From: Pachysolen tannophilus NRRL Y-2460
Taxonomy: Eukaryota
Assembly (NCBI GenBank): GCA_001661245.1
Contig: KV454014.1
Location: 289,559 to 353,558 of the forward strand
Direction of reading: 5' to 3'
Length of the DNA: 64,000 bases
Made by a program: the position numbers and the translations under genes. Below the pieces are notes generated by a model. The model did not search any database. It worked only from the letters and a program-made list of their open reading frames with translations, and was not told where the DNA came from. Below, one piece after another: positions 47,901 through 58,055 of the stretch (the first letter of the stretch is position 1; the number at the start of each line of letters is the position of its first letter).

Positions 47901-48139
47901 ACTGATTCAAATATATATATACAAACATATATATATATATATATATATATAAATATATATATATTCGTATATAGTTAGACCAACTTTTCAACAAAGGAAA
48001 AATGAACCAACTACTAATAAAATAATAATATATTCAATATAATAAACTAGAGTATTAATTAAATATATATATATATATATATATATGCCTAGGTTTTTTC
48101 TTCTGATTTTTGGTGTTTACCTTTTAACGGGGAGAAAAT

Positions 48140-48179
<40 letters not shown>

Positions 48180-48483
48180 AAAGCCTCAAAAAACGAAAGC
48201 CCTAGAATTTTGGGGCTAAATTAAAAAAAGTTATAAAACAAGGGTGCTGTAAAAATAGTAGTGCAATTTCAAAAAATATAAAGTAGTGTATTTCAAAACA
48301 TACAATCCCAATTAGGAAATTACTTTTCTGTTGTTGTAGTGTATTCGAATTCAATTTGTTTTGTTTTGCATTGCAAAACAAACAAAAATGAATATAATTA
48401 TAAGAGAGCGATTTCTAACAAAGGGGTTTTTTTATAAGGTGTATTTGTTTCTTGTATATATATATCTGTATATTTATTTAGAG

Positions 48484-51400
48484 ATGGAACTCTCGTTATA
48501 CGCCGTCAACTTGCGGAATGTGTTCAAGAACCCAGTGCTAAATGAAGCTGGTTATAGGGTTAAACTTGTGGATAATGATGAGTCTTTGTTGATAGCGGAA
48601 AGAGTTGTTATATGGTTGAAAGGTGATAATGTTTTCAGGAAATTGATTTTTGAAGATGACGAAATAGTGGTTGATGCGATATTTACCACGTTCAATAGCG
48701 TTGGCAATGCTCATGTTATTGGTAATTCTGGCGCTTCTAGTGTTTCTAGTACCTCGACTACGGTAAAAGCTACCGCCAAATGTTTGGTAGTGTTATTAAG
48801 AGAACATGCTCATGTTTATTACTTGGATGGAACAAAATATATAATTAGCTTTCCATTTCATCTTAATAGCGCGTTAAGTTTTGAAAATGGGTTGATCTTG
48901 GAAAGAGAATTTTCAAATCATGGGAATAGACTGCTTTTGGCAAGCCATGGAACTGTAATTGGAACTGGAACTGGAACTACAACTGCAACTACAAATGGAA
49001 CTGGAACTGGAAATGGTACTGGTACTAGTACTAGCACTAGTACTAGTACTAACAGCGGCATCAAATCTTCATCGACTTCTGGAACTGCTGTTGGCAATAT
49101 AGGTAGTAATAGCAATAACAGCAGCGGTAGTGGAGGACCTTTAAATAATTACGAATTAAGTATACCAGGTTCTTCATCAACAATGGGGAATTCTTCATCA
49201 CTGAATGGAAATGGTAGTAATACCACTAGTACTAATGGAAATAATAATCAAATAAATTTTTTAACTATGCTTGATCCACTCTCAGAATTTGGTGCTGTGG
49301 TATCGTCGTCTACTTCCTCAATTTCAAATAAGGAAAATTTAATATTATTTCCAGCTTCAAATAAATCTTCATTGGCTGCAACTTTTAATTCTTCAGATCA
49401 TGTAATAACCGTATATCATGTTAGATTTTTAACTCATAATAAGATTGGAAATGAAAAGAAAACTTCAACAAAGAAAACGTCATCAATATCTTCATCTACA
49501 CTGCCAGGTGGTTTAAATAATCAAAGATCAATGTCAAGAAGGAAATCTTCACTAAGAAAAATAAGTTCAAATAATCATAGTGCTTCATCAAATACTCCAA
49601 AGAAAATGGAAATTGAAGAAAATAATGATAATAATAATAATAAAAATAATGATAATACCAATAACTTAAAAATTGTCGGTTCTGTAAATTCTGCATCATT
49701 AGGATATGATAAAATACGATCCACATCTCATTCAGAAGTCTTATCTCTTGATAGAATGGCTTCAGGAACTGAAAGTATACCGGATTCGATAAAACCAGTT
49801 TCTTCAAAATTTGATACTATTAATTTAAGGAAAGATGTTATATTGACAAAAATAGAATCCATTGAATTTCAAGATGATAAACATCTTTTAAAAATTTGTA
49901 ATTCATCATATGCAAATCAAGATTGTATTGTTATTAATAATTTGAAAACTAAACAATGTGAAATATTACTTTTTAAAAAATCAGAAAATAATTCAATAAG
50001 TTTACCGGTTTTTCAAACTAGTTTCACAATATCATGTTTAGATTGTATTCCATTAGCTGCTACAAATTCAGATCATGATGGTATACTCATAATCTTAAAA
50101 GATTCAAGTAATATATGCCTAATAAATCCATTTTTAAACTTGATTTCTGCTAATATAGATTTATCAACAAAATCATATCCTCCAATCAAACTTTTAAGTG
50201 ATTCCAATGGTTTAGAAATTGCAATGATTGATCACGATAAAAAATTCCATATATTAAATTTAATAATTAAACCAAAATTACAAGTCGTCTCAAAGATATT
50301 GGAATCCTTAAAATATTTATCAAATTCATATGCATACGAATATTTTTGGTTACAATGGTGTTCTGCTTTATCATTAGATGAATCATTGAATGAATGGAAT
50401 CTGTTAATTACAGTGTTATTATCTGTTTTAATCCCTGATAAAACTCAATTTGATGAAAGCAAAATTCCTTCTAACGAAATTACATCTAGATTACCTTCAG
50501 CAAGATTCTTGAGAAATAAAACAGAAGCAAAATATTCTTTAACTGATTTAGCTCCAAAATTGATATTAAGCATACATTTATTAAGGGAAGATATGAAATT
50601 GGATCTTAATCAACAAATATATGTTGAAAAGTTGGGAGTTTTACTTTCACAATTAACTTTATGGATGGGTTGGTCTGAAAATTGGTATAATTATTATAAT
50701 TCAAATAAAAAATTTGATCACCATACAAGATTCTTATCAATAGAACTAATCAATAAACCTTTAAATTTATTTGAATCCTTATCGAGTTTATTCAATAGCT
50801 CCTTATCTTCAGCAAATGATATTGTTCCATATTTGACTTTCTCACAACTAGCTGAAGAAAATGAATCAATTGATGAATTATTGATACCAAGAACGTATTA
50901 CATATTACGGTTATTTGAAGCAATAGTCTCAAATGATTTTGAAGCAAAAGATGTTGTCGATTTAATGGTAGAATTTGGTATTACTATAAATGATTTGAAA
51001 ACTTATCCTGTTGGTGTTTCAATCCCTTTGATAGAATGCATTGTCATATGTCAGGAAAACACTCCAATAAAATGGTCTGAAGCCGCTTTAGAGTTAGTCG
51101 GTAGAAAAGATTTATTGAGATTTTTGCATAGTTCCAAATTACAAAATAAATTTAAAAGAGTCAAGACTGATGAAAGTGTAGATGATATAAATAAAATTTC
51201 AGCTCCAACGGGTGCAAGAGATATTAATCAGATATTACAATCATTAAACGATGTTGAACCAATATCTTCTTGGGATGGCCAAGCAGAAGCTGACAGAATT
51301 AATATAACAAAGCTTATTTTTTCTGAAGATCGGAGATTTTACGAAGTTACAAAACTTTTACAAACATCAAAAGTTCAAACTGCAGCTTTGTCCGTAGATA

Positions 51401-53667
51401 TAGATTTAAGTGAACATGAATTATTAACTCAACAAAGGGAACTAGCAGCTAATGTCGCTTTAAGGACTCTCACAATTCCATTGGGTAGGAGTGCTTTGTT
51501 TTTGTCCAGTAGATTACCTTTAATGACTGAAAGATTTCCAATTCCAAAATTAAATTTTAATTGTTTGATTTCTCCTTCCATGACAACTACAACATTGGAT
51601 CTGGACTTGATTGATGTTGAAACTACTCAATGGGGTTTTTTCCATAATGGTGCATCTTCAGGTTTAACTATATCAAGAGATGCAAAGGGCATCAGTGGTA
51701 GTTGGATAGTATTTAATCAGCCTCCAGTTTTAAATGCTCAACATGCAGGATTCTTATTGGGTTTAGGACTTAATGGACATTTGAAAAGATTGGAAGAATG
51801 GCATATTTACAACTATTTGGGTCCAAAACATACATATACTAGTATTGGGTTATTGCTTGGTATGTCTGCTAGTTTAAGAGGAACAATGGATGTCAAATTA
51901 ACCAAAGTGTTATCTGTCCATGTTATTGCATTGCTTCCTCCGGGTGCGACGGATTTAAAAGTTTCCTTACCCGTCCAAACAGCAGGGTTAATTGGTGTTG
52001 GATTGTTATATCTAGAAACTCAGCATCATAGAATGAGTGAAATTCTCTTATCTCAAATTGATGGAAAATTAGTTTATGACGATGTTGAAATTGTAAACGA
52101 AGGTTACCGTTTAGCAGCAGGTATAAGCTTGGGTTACATTAACTTAGGAAAAGGTGATGATATAAAAGGTTTGAATGACACCCATATTGTTGACAAGTTA
52201 CTCTCAATGGCCGTGTCTTTGAAAGATGTGCAAACTAGTCAGCAATTTGATAAATCTTGTGGTGGAGCTATTTTAGCCTTATCATTTATTTATATGAAGA
52301 CTGGAAACGAAAGTATCGCATGGAAATTGGTGGTTCCAGAGACTGAACAGTTACTAGATTACGTTCGTCCTGATCTATTATTATTGCGCTGTGTTGGGAA
52401 AAATCTTATAATGTGGCAAAATATTGGTAATTCTATAATGTGGGTAGATTCCCAGGTGCCTTTGTGTCTATTGAGAAAATATGCTTTAAAAGACTTGAAA
52501 AATTTGGGTAGCGACCAACTAAGTTTTTTCAATATTATAGGAGGAAGTTGCTTATCCATTGCGTTGAGATACGCTTCAACTGGTGATGTACAAGCCAGGG
52601 ATACTGTATTATACTATTTGGACCTGATGATGAAAATTTGCTTGTTACCAGCTACTAACCATGATGAAAAATTGACACATGCTGGCGCTTGCACAATAAG
52701 AGATGTTTTGAGCATTTCTGCTTCCCTAATAATGGCAGGTACTGGTGATTTAGAAGTTTTCAGAAGATTAAGAGTATTATACGGTAATACTCAAAAATCA
52801 GTTTCTTATGGAAACTATATGGCTATAAATATGGCTTTAGGGTTTTTATTTCTTGGTGGTGGACAGTATGCATTTAGCGATTCAAATTTCTCTATAGCCA
52901 CGTTGATAACTGCGATATATCCAATTTTCCCGTCCTCAAACACTTCTATGATGTCTGAAGGTAATGTAGATGTTCATTTACAGGCATTGAGACACTTTTG
53001 GGCACTTTCTGTCGAACCACGTTGTTTAATTATAAGAGATGTTGATTCTTTAAAACCTTGTGAAGTTCCTGTACAAGTAGAGTTGACTGATGGAAGCGTT
53101 TTACCGTTAAAGTCACCATGCTTGCTACCAAATTTATCCCATATATCTAGAATTCAAACATTATCAAATGATTATTTCAAATTAGTTATAGATTTGAAAA
53201 GGAACTATGAACATTACAAATTTTTTAAAAAATACTTGACCTTATACATTTATCAGAAAGAAAGTTATCACCTGAAAAAATCATTTAGCGACATTATTCG
53301 TTCTCTTGGTGAAAAGGAAGAAACCAAAATTAAGAGTCGTAATAAGAATGGGGTATATTTTAAGAATCCATTAAAAGACCGAGCGATATTCAATATATTT
53401 GACGATTTTGAAAAATCAGTAATTATATCTTCCTTGTCTTCTTCGTCCAAGGAAGATGACGAGAATTCTTTGAGTAACTACATGAAAAAAACAGAGAACA
53501 AACTACTTGAAATGTCTTCATCACCAACTTCGATTGATGATTTGTGGAATTTGAAGATACTTTTCAAGTTTTGTGATCAAATAATTGATGATGATCTTCA
53601 CTATTTAAGTATTGATTTCATTGAACAATTAAAAGTACAAATTTGGTATTTAGTAAATAATTTATAA
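48484..53667 (+). CDS. APC1: Anaphase-promoting complex subunit 1 (start codon uncertain)
   Basis: PC repeats: FHNGASSGL, HAGFLLGLGLNGHL, EGYRLAAG, GFLFLGGG, LQALRHFW. Confidence 0.95.
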   Translation: MELSLYAVNLRNVFKNPVLNEAGYRVKLVDNDESLLIAERVVIWLKGDNVFRKLIFEDDEIVVDAIFTTFNSVGNAHVIGNSGASSVSSTSTTVKATAKCLVVLLREHAHVYYLDGTKYIISFPFHLNSALSFENGLILEREFSNHGNRLLLASHGTVIGTGTGTTTATTNGTGTGNGTGTSTSTSTSTNSGIKSSSTSGTAVGNIGSNSNNSSGSGGPLNNYELSIPGSSSTMGNSSSLNGNGSNTTSTNGNNNQINFLTMLDPLSEFGAVVSSSTSSISNKENLILFPASNKSSLAATFNSSDHVITVYHVRFLTHNKIGNEKKTSTKKTSSISSSTLPGGLNNQRSMSRRKSSLRKISSNNHSASSNTPKKMEIEENNDNNNNKNNDNTNNLKIVGSVNSASLGYDKIRSTSHSEVLSLDRMASGTESIPDSIKPVSSKFDTINLRKDVILTKIESIEFQDDKHLLKICNSSYANQDCIVINNLKTKQCEILLFKKSENNSISLPVFQTSFTISCLDCIPLAATNSDHDGILIILKDSSNICLINPFLNLISANIDLSTKSYPPIKLLSDSNGLEIAMIDHDKKFHILNLIIKPKLQVVSKILESLKYLSNSYAYEYFWLQWCSALSLDESLNEWNLLITVLLSVLIPDKTQFDESKIPSNEITSRLPSARFLRNKTEAKYSLTDLAPKLILSIHLLREDMKLDLNQQIYVEKLGVLLSQLTLWMGWSENWYNYYNSNKKFDHHTRFLSIELINKPLNLFESLSSLFNSSLSSANDIVPYLTFSQLAEENESIDELLIPRTYYILRLFEAIVSNDFEAKDVVDLMVEFGITINDLKTYPVGVSIPLIECIVICQENTPIKWSEAALELVGRKDLLRFLHSSKLQNKFKRVKTDESVDDINKISAPTGARDINQILQSLNDVEPISSWDGQAEADRINITKLIFSEDRRFYEVTKLLQTSKVQTAALSVDIDLSEHELLTQQRELAANVALRTLTIPLGRSALFLSSRLPLMTERFPIPKLNFNCLISPSMTTTTLDLDLIDVETTQWGFFHNGASSGLTISRDAKGISGSWIVFNQPPVLNAQHAGFLLGLGLNGHLKRLEEWHIYNYLGPKHTYTSIGLLLGMSASLRGTMDVKLTKVLSVHVIALLPPGATDLKVSLPVQTAGLIGVGLLYLETQHHRMSEILLSQIDGKLVYDDVEIVNEGYRLAAGISLGYINLGKGDDIKGLNDTHIVDKLLSMAVSLKDVQTSQQFDKSCGGAILALSFIYMKTGNESIAWKLVVPETEQLLDYVRPDLLLLRCVGKNLIMWQNIGNSIMWVDSQVPLCLLRKYALKDLKNLGSDQLSFFNIIGGSCLSIALRYASTGDVQARDTVLYYLDLMMKICLLPATNHDEKLTHAGACTIRDVLSISASLIMAGTGDLEVFRRLRVLYGNTQKSVSYGNYMAINMALGFLFLGGGQYAFSDSNFSIATLITAIYPIFPSSNTSMMSEGNVDVHLQALRHFWALSVEPRCLIIRDVDSLKPCEVPVQVELTDGSVLPLKSPCLLPNLSHISRIQTLSNDYFKLVIDLKRNYEHYKFFKKYLTLYIYQKESYHLKKSFSDIIRSLGEKEETKIKSRNKNGVYFKNPLKDRAIFNIFDDFEKSVIISSLSSSSKEDDENSLSNYMKKTENKLLEMSSSPTSIDDLWNLKILFKFCDQIIDDDLHYLSIDFIEQLKVQIWYLVNNL

Positions 53668-53895
53668 TTATCTTTTGATTTGATTGATATACATCTCAAT
53701 TGATTATTACTGTATAATTTGTATATTCTCGATACACGGAAGCGTTCATAAATAATAAAATGAAATAGAGCAAATATAGAGCTGAAAAATTGAAAAATTA
53801 AAAAAAAAAAAAAGAATATAATAAAAATAATAAAAAAAAGTGTTAATGAAAATCTATATTAGATATAATAATAAGCAAATAGAAGAATAAGAATT

Positions 53896-55056
53896 TCAAA
53901 GATCAGGAGAAACCAAGACTTTAATATGTTTATCTTTATGGTTGATCAATTCTAAGAAACCTTCCTGGACAGCATTTTCAAGACCTATCCTACCAGTAAT
54001 CAATGTCTTAACTTTTTCGATATCGATATCACCAGAATCCATTTTTTCAATTACTTTTCTAAAATCTTCAGTTGTATAACCTAAGGAGCCAACAGTATAA
54101 TTTTCATGTAATGTGATATCCATGACATAATGATCAACTGGTTTATCGGCCCAAATAGCAACATTACAAGCAACACCACGGGATCTTAAAGCATGTATAG
54201 AAGTTCTATAAGTAATTGGTAAACCAGAACAATCAAAAGTTGCATCGAACCCTGCTCCACTTGTAGTCAATTTTTTCAAAGATGCAATACCTTGCAGCTC
54301 ATCTTCTTGACTTGGATCAAAAACAATTGCTCCCAATGCAGCAGCTCTTTCTCTTCTGATTTTAGCTGGTTCTGAACAAATGATTCTACCAGCTTTATGA
54401 CCTTGAAGACATAATATAGTTGCCAAACCAATTGGACCTGCACCAATAACCAAAGCATCTTTACCCTCACCAAATCCACCATCGACAAAGTTGGTGGTAA
54501 GCTCAATCGCATGCCATGCAACACTTAATGGTTCAACCAATGCTGCGACATCAAGTGATACTTTATTTCTTGGAATTTTCAAAATATGGGAAGCCCCATA
54601 TACAACATATTCACTAAGAGCACCATTATCAACACCTAAACCACAAAAATTTAAATCTTTACAACAATTTGAAAAACCTTGTTTACAAGCATCACATTTT
54701 GGTTCATTGACATAAGGATTATTCTCTTTATAACGATGCCTATCTGTACAATGACCAGTAGCTTCAACAACAACATGGTCTCCAGGTACCAAATGAGTAA
54801 CTCCAGGACCAACTTCTTCAACAACACCTGAAAATTCATGCCCCAACGTCAACGGAAGCTTCTTATTGGAGATCTTATCACCAGTAGTGGCTGCATTTTG
54901 TAAGAAAATAGGACCTTCATACTCATGTAAATCCGTACCACAAATTCCGCAGAAACCAATCTTAACCAAGACATCATCTGGATTCTTGATAGTTGGTTTC
55001 GGAATTTCTTTTGAAAAACGAAGATCTTTAGCACCGTAATATAATAATCCTCTCAT
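53896..55056 (-). CDS. BDH1: Zinc MDR-family (R,R)-butanediol dehydrogenase-like protein
   Basis: MRGLLYYG, CGICGTDLHEY, GHEFSG, VEPLSVAWHA, GAGPIG, FDCSG. Confidence 0.85.
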   Translation of the reverse strand: MRGLLYYGAKDLRFSKEIPKPTIKNPDDVLVKIGFCGICGTDLHEYEGPIFLQNAATTGDKISNKKLPLTLGHEFSGVVEEVGPGVTHLVPGDHVVVEATGHCTDRHRYKENNPYVNEPKCDACKQGFSNCCKDLNFCGLGVDNGALSEYVVYGASHILKIPRNKVSLDVAALVEPLSVAWHAIELTTNFVDGGFGEGKDALVIGAGPIGLATILCLQGHKAGRIICSEPAKIRRERAAALGAIVFDPSQEDELQGIASLKKLTTSGAGFDATFDCSGLPITYRTSIHALRSRGVACNVAIWADKPVDHYVMDITLHENYTVGSLGYTTEDFRKVIEKMDSGDIDIEKVKTLITGRIGLENAVQEGFLELINHKDKHIKVLVSPDL

Positions 55057-55637
55057 TTTGAAATTGATAAAATTGATGATTGGAAATGGAAATGGAAATA
55101 GCAAAAAAAAAAAAAAGCAAATGAAAGAGAAAAAAATATTTAATACTTCATGATTTCCAGCTTCATTTATATACTAATGAAATGTATATACTTACTATAT
55201 ACATATTTCATTACATATATTTGCAGTATTCAAGATAAGCAGGCAACAGGTAAACCTACTACCCACTTAACACCACATTTCTTACATGTTCCTCTTGTAA
55301 TATTGGAGACAAAAGATATGGTCATTTAAAACCCAAAATCGTATAAAAAGACTGAAAAATGGTCTGCTCTTTATTTTCTCCAACTATTTAGGAATTAGTA
55401 CTTTTCATGCATTATTGTGCATGATGCGTTTTTCGGAGTAGAAAGAATCGTACCAAGAAAATGAGTTGTATCATAAAAGATTGTCAAATTGTAAGTAATA
55501 ATAAGTTAACGGTATATAGAGAATAAAGGCTTTTGCCAAAACTTTAAAAGAGCAAGCATGCTAATAACTAAAAGTCAAAAAAAGGAAAAATAATAATAAT
55601 AATAAAAAGAAAAAAAAAAAAAAAAGAAAAAGTTCTA

Positions 55638-57383
55638 TTATTGATTACTATTCAGAACTATATCTCCGATTGTTTGTCCTACTTTAACGTAATCCCCATT
55701 TTCTATATTAAACTTAAAATTGGAAGGTGCTTCGAATACCAATACAACCGTTGATCCTAATTTAAAACCACCCACTTCTTCACCTTTTATCAATGGTTTA
55801 CCTCCTAAAAGCTGACTAGCTTTTGAATAAGTGGCTTCATAACAAGTATTTTTTTGAACTTTTTTAAAATTGTTGACGGAAGAGTTAGTGTTTGAAATAT
55901 CCGAATCCGAAGAAGTAGATAAAGAGGGATAAGTTGGATTTTCATAAATATTATTTGTTATTAAATTTTTATCAAAATTTATCTTTATACTTCCCACATT
56001 TGTAGCACCTACTGGAGTCATACTGAAAAATCCATATTTCCAATAACCTAACAATGCAACTCTTTCATTTAATATAAACAATCCACTAAGTGTTCTTTGG
56101 AAATATGGAGCAACAGAATATAATTCTCCAACAAAATGTCTTCTTAAAGTTGTTACCCAATTTGTTGGAGAATGAAATCTATGATAATCACCTGGTGATA
56201 AATAAATTACTGCAAAATAAAGATTTCCTCTTGAATTTTTAGTTACTTTATCAGTATCAATATCTCTTAATTCTTTATTAACTTTATCAATTTTAGTAGA
56301 AGAAGATTTTTCAATTGAAGCATCTCCTTCATCTTTATATTCAATTTCTTTAAAATGGAAATTACCACCACCAATAAGATCATCAACAGTATATGAAATA
56401 TTATTTAAATTTGCAAATTCTTCATCTCTTTTTAAATGTTCTAAAGATTCATCATCATTATCATTATCAAATGAAACTTCTTGAATAGGTGCTGCCAATT
56501 TATTTTCCTTTGTATTAATTCCCAACAAACTACTAACCGAATAAGTCATACCTTTGACTTGTTCAATTTCTCCATTATCAACAATTCCAAGTTTTAAAAT
56601 TTTACCATCACAAGGACTAACCAATAATGCATTTTTTTCAATTGGTCTAGCTTCTGGTTTAATATCTCTATAAAAAAATTCTCCTAAATTTTTAAATTTT
56701 GTTAAATCTTGTTCTCTAATTTCATTTAAATTAACTCCAAATAACATTGAATAAAATTTATAACCAGGAACTCTAAGCCAAATGGGTAATTCCACATCAT
56801 TAAATTTCCCCCATAATCTAGAAATCGATTTCAATGGTAATGTACTATATGCATAAAATTTCCATGAATTATTACGAGTTGGTCTAACCCCATTATCTAC
56901 TTCTTCTTTTTCATTATCCTTTTTGATCTTACTTACAATACCATATAATACAATTGAAATTGAACTTATTACGAAAAAATTTCTGAAAACTTTTTTCGAT
57001 TTTTGAAATTGTTTTTGTTCTCCATTTTTTGAGTTCCCATTATTATTTGAATTAGTTGAGAAAAACCTCCTACTAAACTTTAATTTTTCAGATTTTGATA
57101 ATGATGAAAATAATCGCTTATTTGTATTATTAACAGAACTATAGTATAAAATATTCCTTTTAGGTCTAGGAATCTTGGGAAAGTTATAAGTATATCTATA
57201 ATTATCCAATTCGTTCAGAACCTCAGTAGCCCTAGTCAAGGGCTTAGAAATATTCATCTGATTCGCACCGCATACTTTCTTTTGATATTGTCTCTTGTGA
57301 ATATTTACAATGATTTTTTGATAACCATTTTTTTGAAATTTAACCGATTGAGGAGCTACCCCATAAAAAGTACCCAAAACCAT
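55638..57383 (-). CDS. PSD1: Mitochondrial phosphatidylserine decarboxylase
   Basis: LPLKSISRLWG, YLSPGDYHRFHSP, GATNVGSI, LGST autocleavage motif. Confidence 0.96.
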   Translation of the reverse strand: MVLGTFYGVAPQSVKFQKNGYQKIIVNIHKRQYQKKVCGANQMNISKPLTRATEVLNELDNYRYTYNFPKIPRPKRNILYYSSVNNTNKRLFSSLSKSEKLKFSRRFFSTNSNNNGNSKNGEQKQFQKSKKVFRNFFVISSISIVLYGIVSKIKKDNEKEEVDNGVRPTRNNSWKFYAYSTLPLKSISRLWGKFNDVELPIWLRVPGYKFYSMLFGVNLNEIREQDLTKFKNLGEFFYRDIKPEARPIEKNALLVSPCDGKILKLGIVDNGEIEQVKGMTYSVSSLLGINTKENKLAAPIQEVSFDNDNDDESLEHLKRDEEFANLNNISYTVDDLIGGGNFHFKEIEYKDEGDASIEKSSSTKIDKVNKELRDIDTDKVTKNSRGNLYFAVIYLSPGDYHRFHSPTNWVTTLRRHFVGELYSVAPYFQRTLSGLFILNERVALLGYWKYGFFSMTPVGATNVGSIKINFDKNLITNNIYENPTYPSLSTSSDSDISNTNSSVNNFKKVQKNTCYEATYSKASQLLGGKPLIKGEEVGGFKLGSTVVLVFEAPSNFKFNIENGDYVKVGQTIGDIVLNSNQ

Positions 57384-57640
57384 AATCAACCAAATAGACC
57401 AACAAAGAAAAAAAAAAACCTAACAATCACACACACAGACACACTCCTACTTACTTCACAATCACTCACTCAAAACAACTCTTATTCTTCAATTGTAAAC
57501 AATGTAAACAATTAAAAAGAAAAAGCAAAAAAAAAAAAAGAATTTACAGATCTTCTTCCATCTTGTCAACAACACAATTTTTCTTTCCAAAGCCAAAAAA
57601 GAAAATGCATGTGACAAAAAAAAAAAATTAGAGATTCGGA

Positions 57641-57918
57641 TACCGAAACCGGTAATTCACGCTCAATTTGGGCTACATTTCCTTAAATGGAAGTCTTTTA
57701 AAAAAGAGTTTCCTATTAGGAATACACTAGGGCTGCAGAGGATTTTCAAAAAAGGGGCTTTATTTGGAGAACAAAATTTTTTGTAAAAAGCCCCTAAAAT
57801 TAAAGGGCGATCTTTAGTTCACTATTACTGCATTCGGACAGAATTCCTAATAAGGAAATTTATAATTTTTAATTTACAAAATTACCGAATATGGGTTTGG
57901 AGTTACCGGTTTTGGTAA
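57641..57918. promoter_or_regulatory. Cluster of Mcm1/CArG-like sites in a symmetric element
   Basis: (T)TWCC-N6-GG(W)AA-type sites at 57641, 57678, 57844, 57882 and 57903, plus an N5 variant at 57709. Confidence 0.5.
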
Positions 57919-57983
57919 CTCATCTTTTTTTTTTCTCTATAGAGAGAGAAGCAGAAGCTCTCTCTCATACAAAAAATTTTTCA
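57919..57983. promoter_or_regulatory. PAC core (CTCATC) and RRPE (AAAATTTTTCA) upstream of SGD1
   Basis: Motifs at 57919-57924 and ~57973-57983, upstream of a ribosome-biogenesis gene. Confidence 0.6.
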
Positions 57984-58055
57984 GTTTTTAAAGGTATCTG
58001 TGGTATTAAAGAGACAACGAACTAACGAGAATACCTAAAGTCTTGGTCCGTGGAT

